The notes under the pieces: generated by a model
Databases searched by the model: none
The model's input: the letters and a program-made list of their open reading frames with translations, nothing else
What the model was told of the DNA's origin: nothing
Assembly (NCBI RefSeq): GCF_009914755.1
Contig: NC_060946.1
Direction: 5' to 3' (one strand)
DNA: 64,000 nt
Source of the DNA: the human T2T-CHM13v2.0 reference genome, Homo sapiens
Made by a program: the position numbers and the translations under genes
Part shown: positions 62,936 to 64,000 of the stretch, in pieces
Position numbering within the stretch: the first letter of the stretch is position 1
How the letters are laid out: each line of letters opens with the position of its first letter

Positions 62936-63750
62936 GACATGCTGGGGACCATAGGTTGGGGGCTGTGATTTAGAATAGCGTGGACAGGAAGGGTCTCATG
63001 GAGAAGGTGACATTTGACCAAAACGTAAAAGAGGTGAGGGCATGAGCAGTACAGACATCTGGGGGAGGAGCGGTCCAGGAGTAGCAAGTAAAAAGGCCCT
63101 GGGGTCAGAAACAGGCTCAAGAATCTAGACTGGACGGGAGGAGAGAGGAAGGATATTGTGGGCGAGGAGGTGGGGATCTGTGGGAGCGCTCTGGGCAAAG
63201 GACTGGTCTGAGGGGTGGGCGAGTGGATAGGGGTGAAGCTGGACCAGAGAGTCAACAGCCCTCTCCCCAGCTCCCAAGGACACCCCTCCCTCCCGCGGTG
63301 AGCAGGGGATGCAGACGGTGAGAAGGGCACCTTCCTGCTTCAGGAGCTGGGGAGAGGGAGGAGATGGGGGAGGTCAGCTTCTCTCCCTTGTACAGATGAG
63401 GAAGCTGGGGCTGGGAAGGTCAAGTGGCTTCCGCGAGGTCACCAGGTGGGAAGTTACAGGAAATGAGGAAGGCCTGGACTGAGGGCAAGGCCGCTCCAAA
63501 GCCAGGGCTCCCCTCCCAGGCCAGACCAGCGCTGGTGAGCCGTGAAGGTGTGTGTTCCTGCATGGGAGGACAAGGGTGTGCCCTCAGGGTGTGATATGGG
63601 TGGGACAGATGTGAACACACCAGATGGCAGCTGGACCCCAGAAGGACAGATGTCTCTGTCCTCTCCCTCCCCCACCTCAACCCCCTCCAGGAGGTGGGTG
63701 CCAGCAAGTATCCAAGTGTGTCCCACCCTCCCTTCCGCCCCCTCCCCCAG

Positions 63751-63831
63751 GGATCCCATCAACCTGCAGGTCCTCCAGGCCTTCGTGGACTGCCACGAGT
63801 TCGCCAACCTCAACCTCGTCCAGGCCCTCAG
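63751..63831 (+). CDS. CYTH4: CYTH4 exon 6 (DPINLQVLQAFVDCHEFANLNLVQALR; Sec7)
   Basis: cctcccccag| ... AG|gtgagt, 81 nt. The gene continues past the right edge. Confidence 0.96.
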
Positions 63832-64000
63832 GTGAGTAGTCCTGGGGCAGGGTCCCGGCCCTCAAGGGTGGCACAGCCCCAGTGGCTGGGGGTGTCGCGA
63901 TCCACATAGCTGACAGCACAAACAAAGGGTTGGGAGCAAAGAAGAGGAGGCAAGGAACAAGAATGACTTCATGATAGTACTGCCTCACAGAGCTGAGCTG

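Overview
This is human/primate genomic DNA, recognisable from its exons as the RAC2-CYTH4 locus (human 22q13.1, from recall). RAC2 coding exons 1-2 (MQAIKCVVVGDG|[24 protein letters not shown]) lie on the minus strand at 8631-8597 and 6141-6070, and the gene runs off the left edge. CYTH4 (cytohesin-4, an ARF-GEF) coding exons 1-6 lie on the plus strand at 47095-63831, and the gene runs off the right edge. The genes are divergent, separated by about 38 kb that is mostly repeats: about 30 Alus across the window, old L1/L2/MIR, MaLR/ERV1/ERVL LTRs and hAT elements. CYTH4 intron 1 also holds an antisense ERVL pol fossil. The long ORFs in the track are repeat or low-complexity artefacts. I found no convincing novel gene or system. 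The most notable unexplained structures are a ~200-bp inverted duplication dated by an Alu insertion (13423-15789), an L1-Alu chimera with a microhomology junction, and a three-layer nested insertion. Also notable are a PRDM9-motif/G4 minisatellite in CYTH4 intron 2, candidate CArG/ISRE/ETS regulatory modules, and splice signals that could yield a CYTH4 lacking its coiled coil. Repeat names come from recalled consensus sequences and repeat boundaries are approximate.
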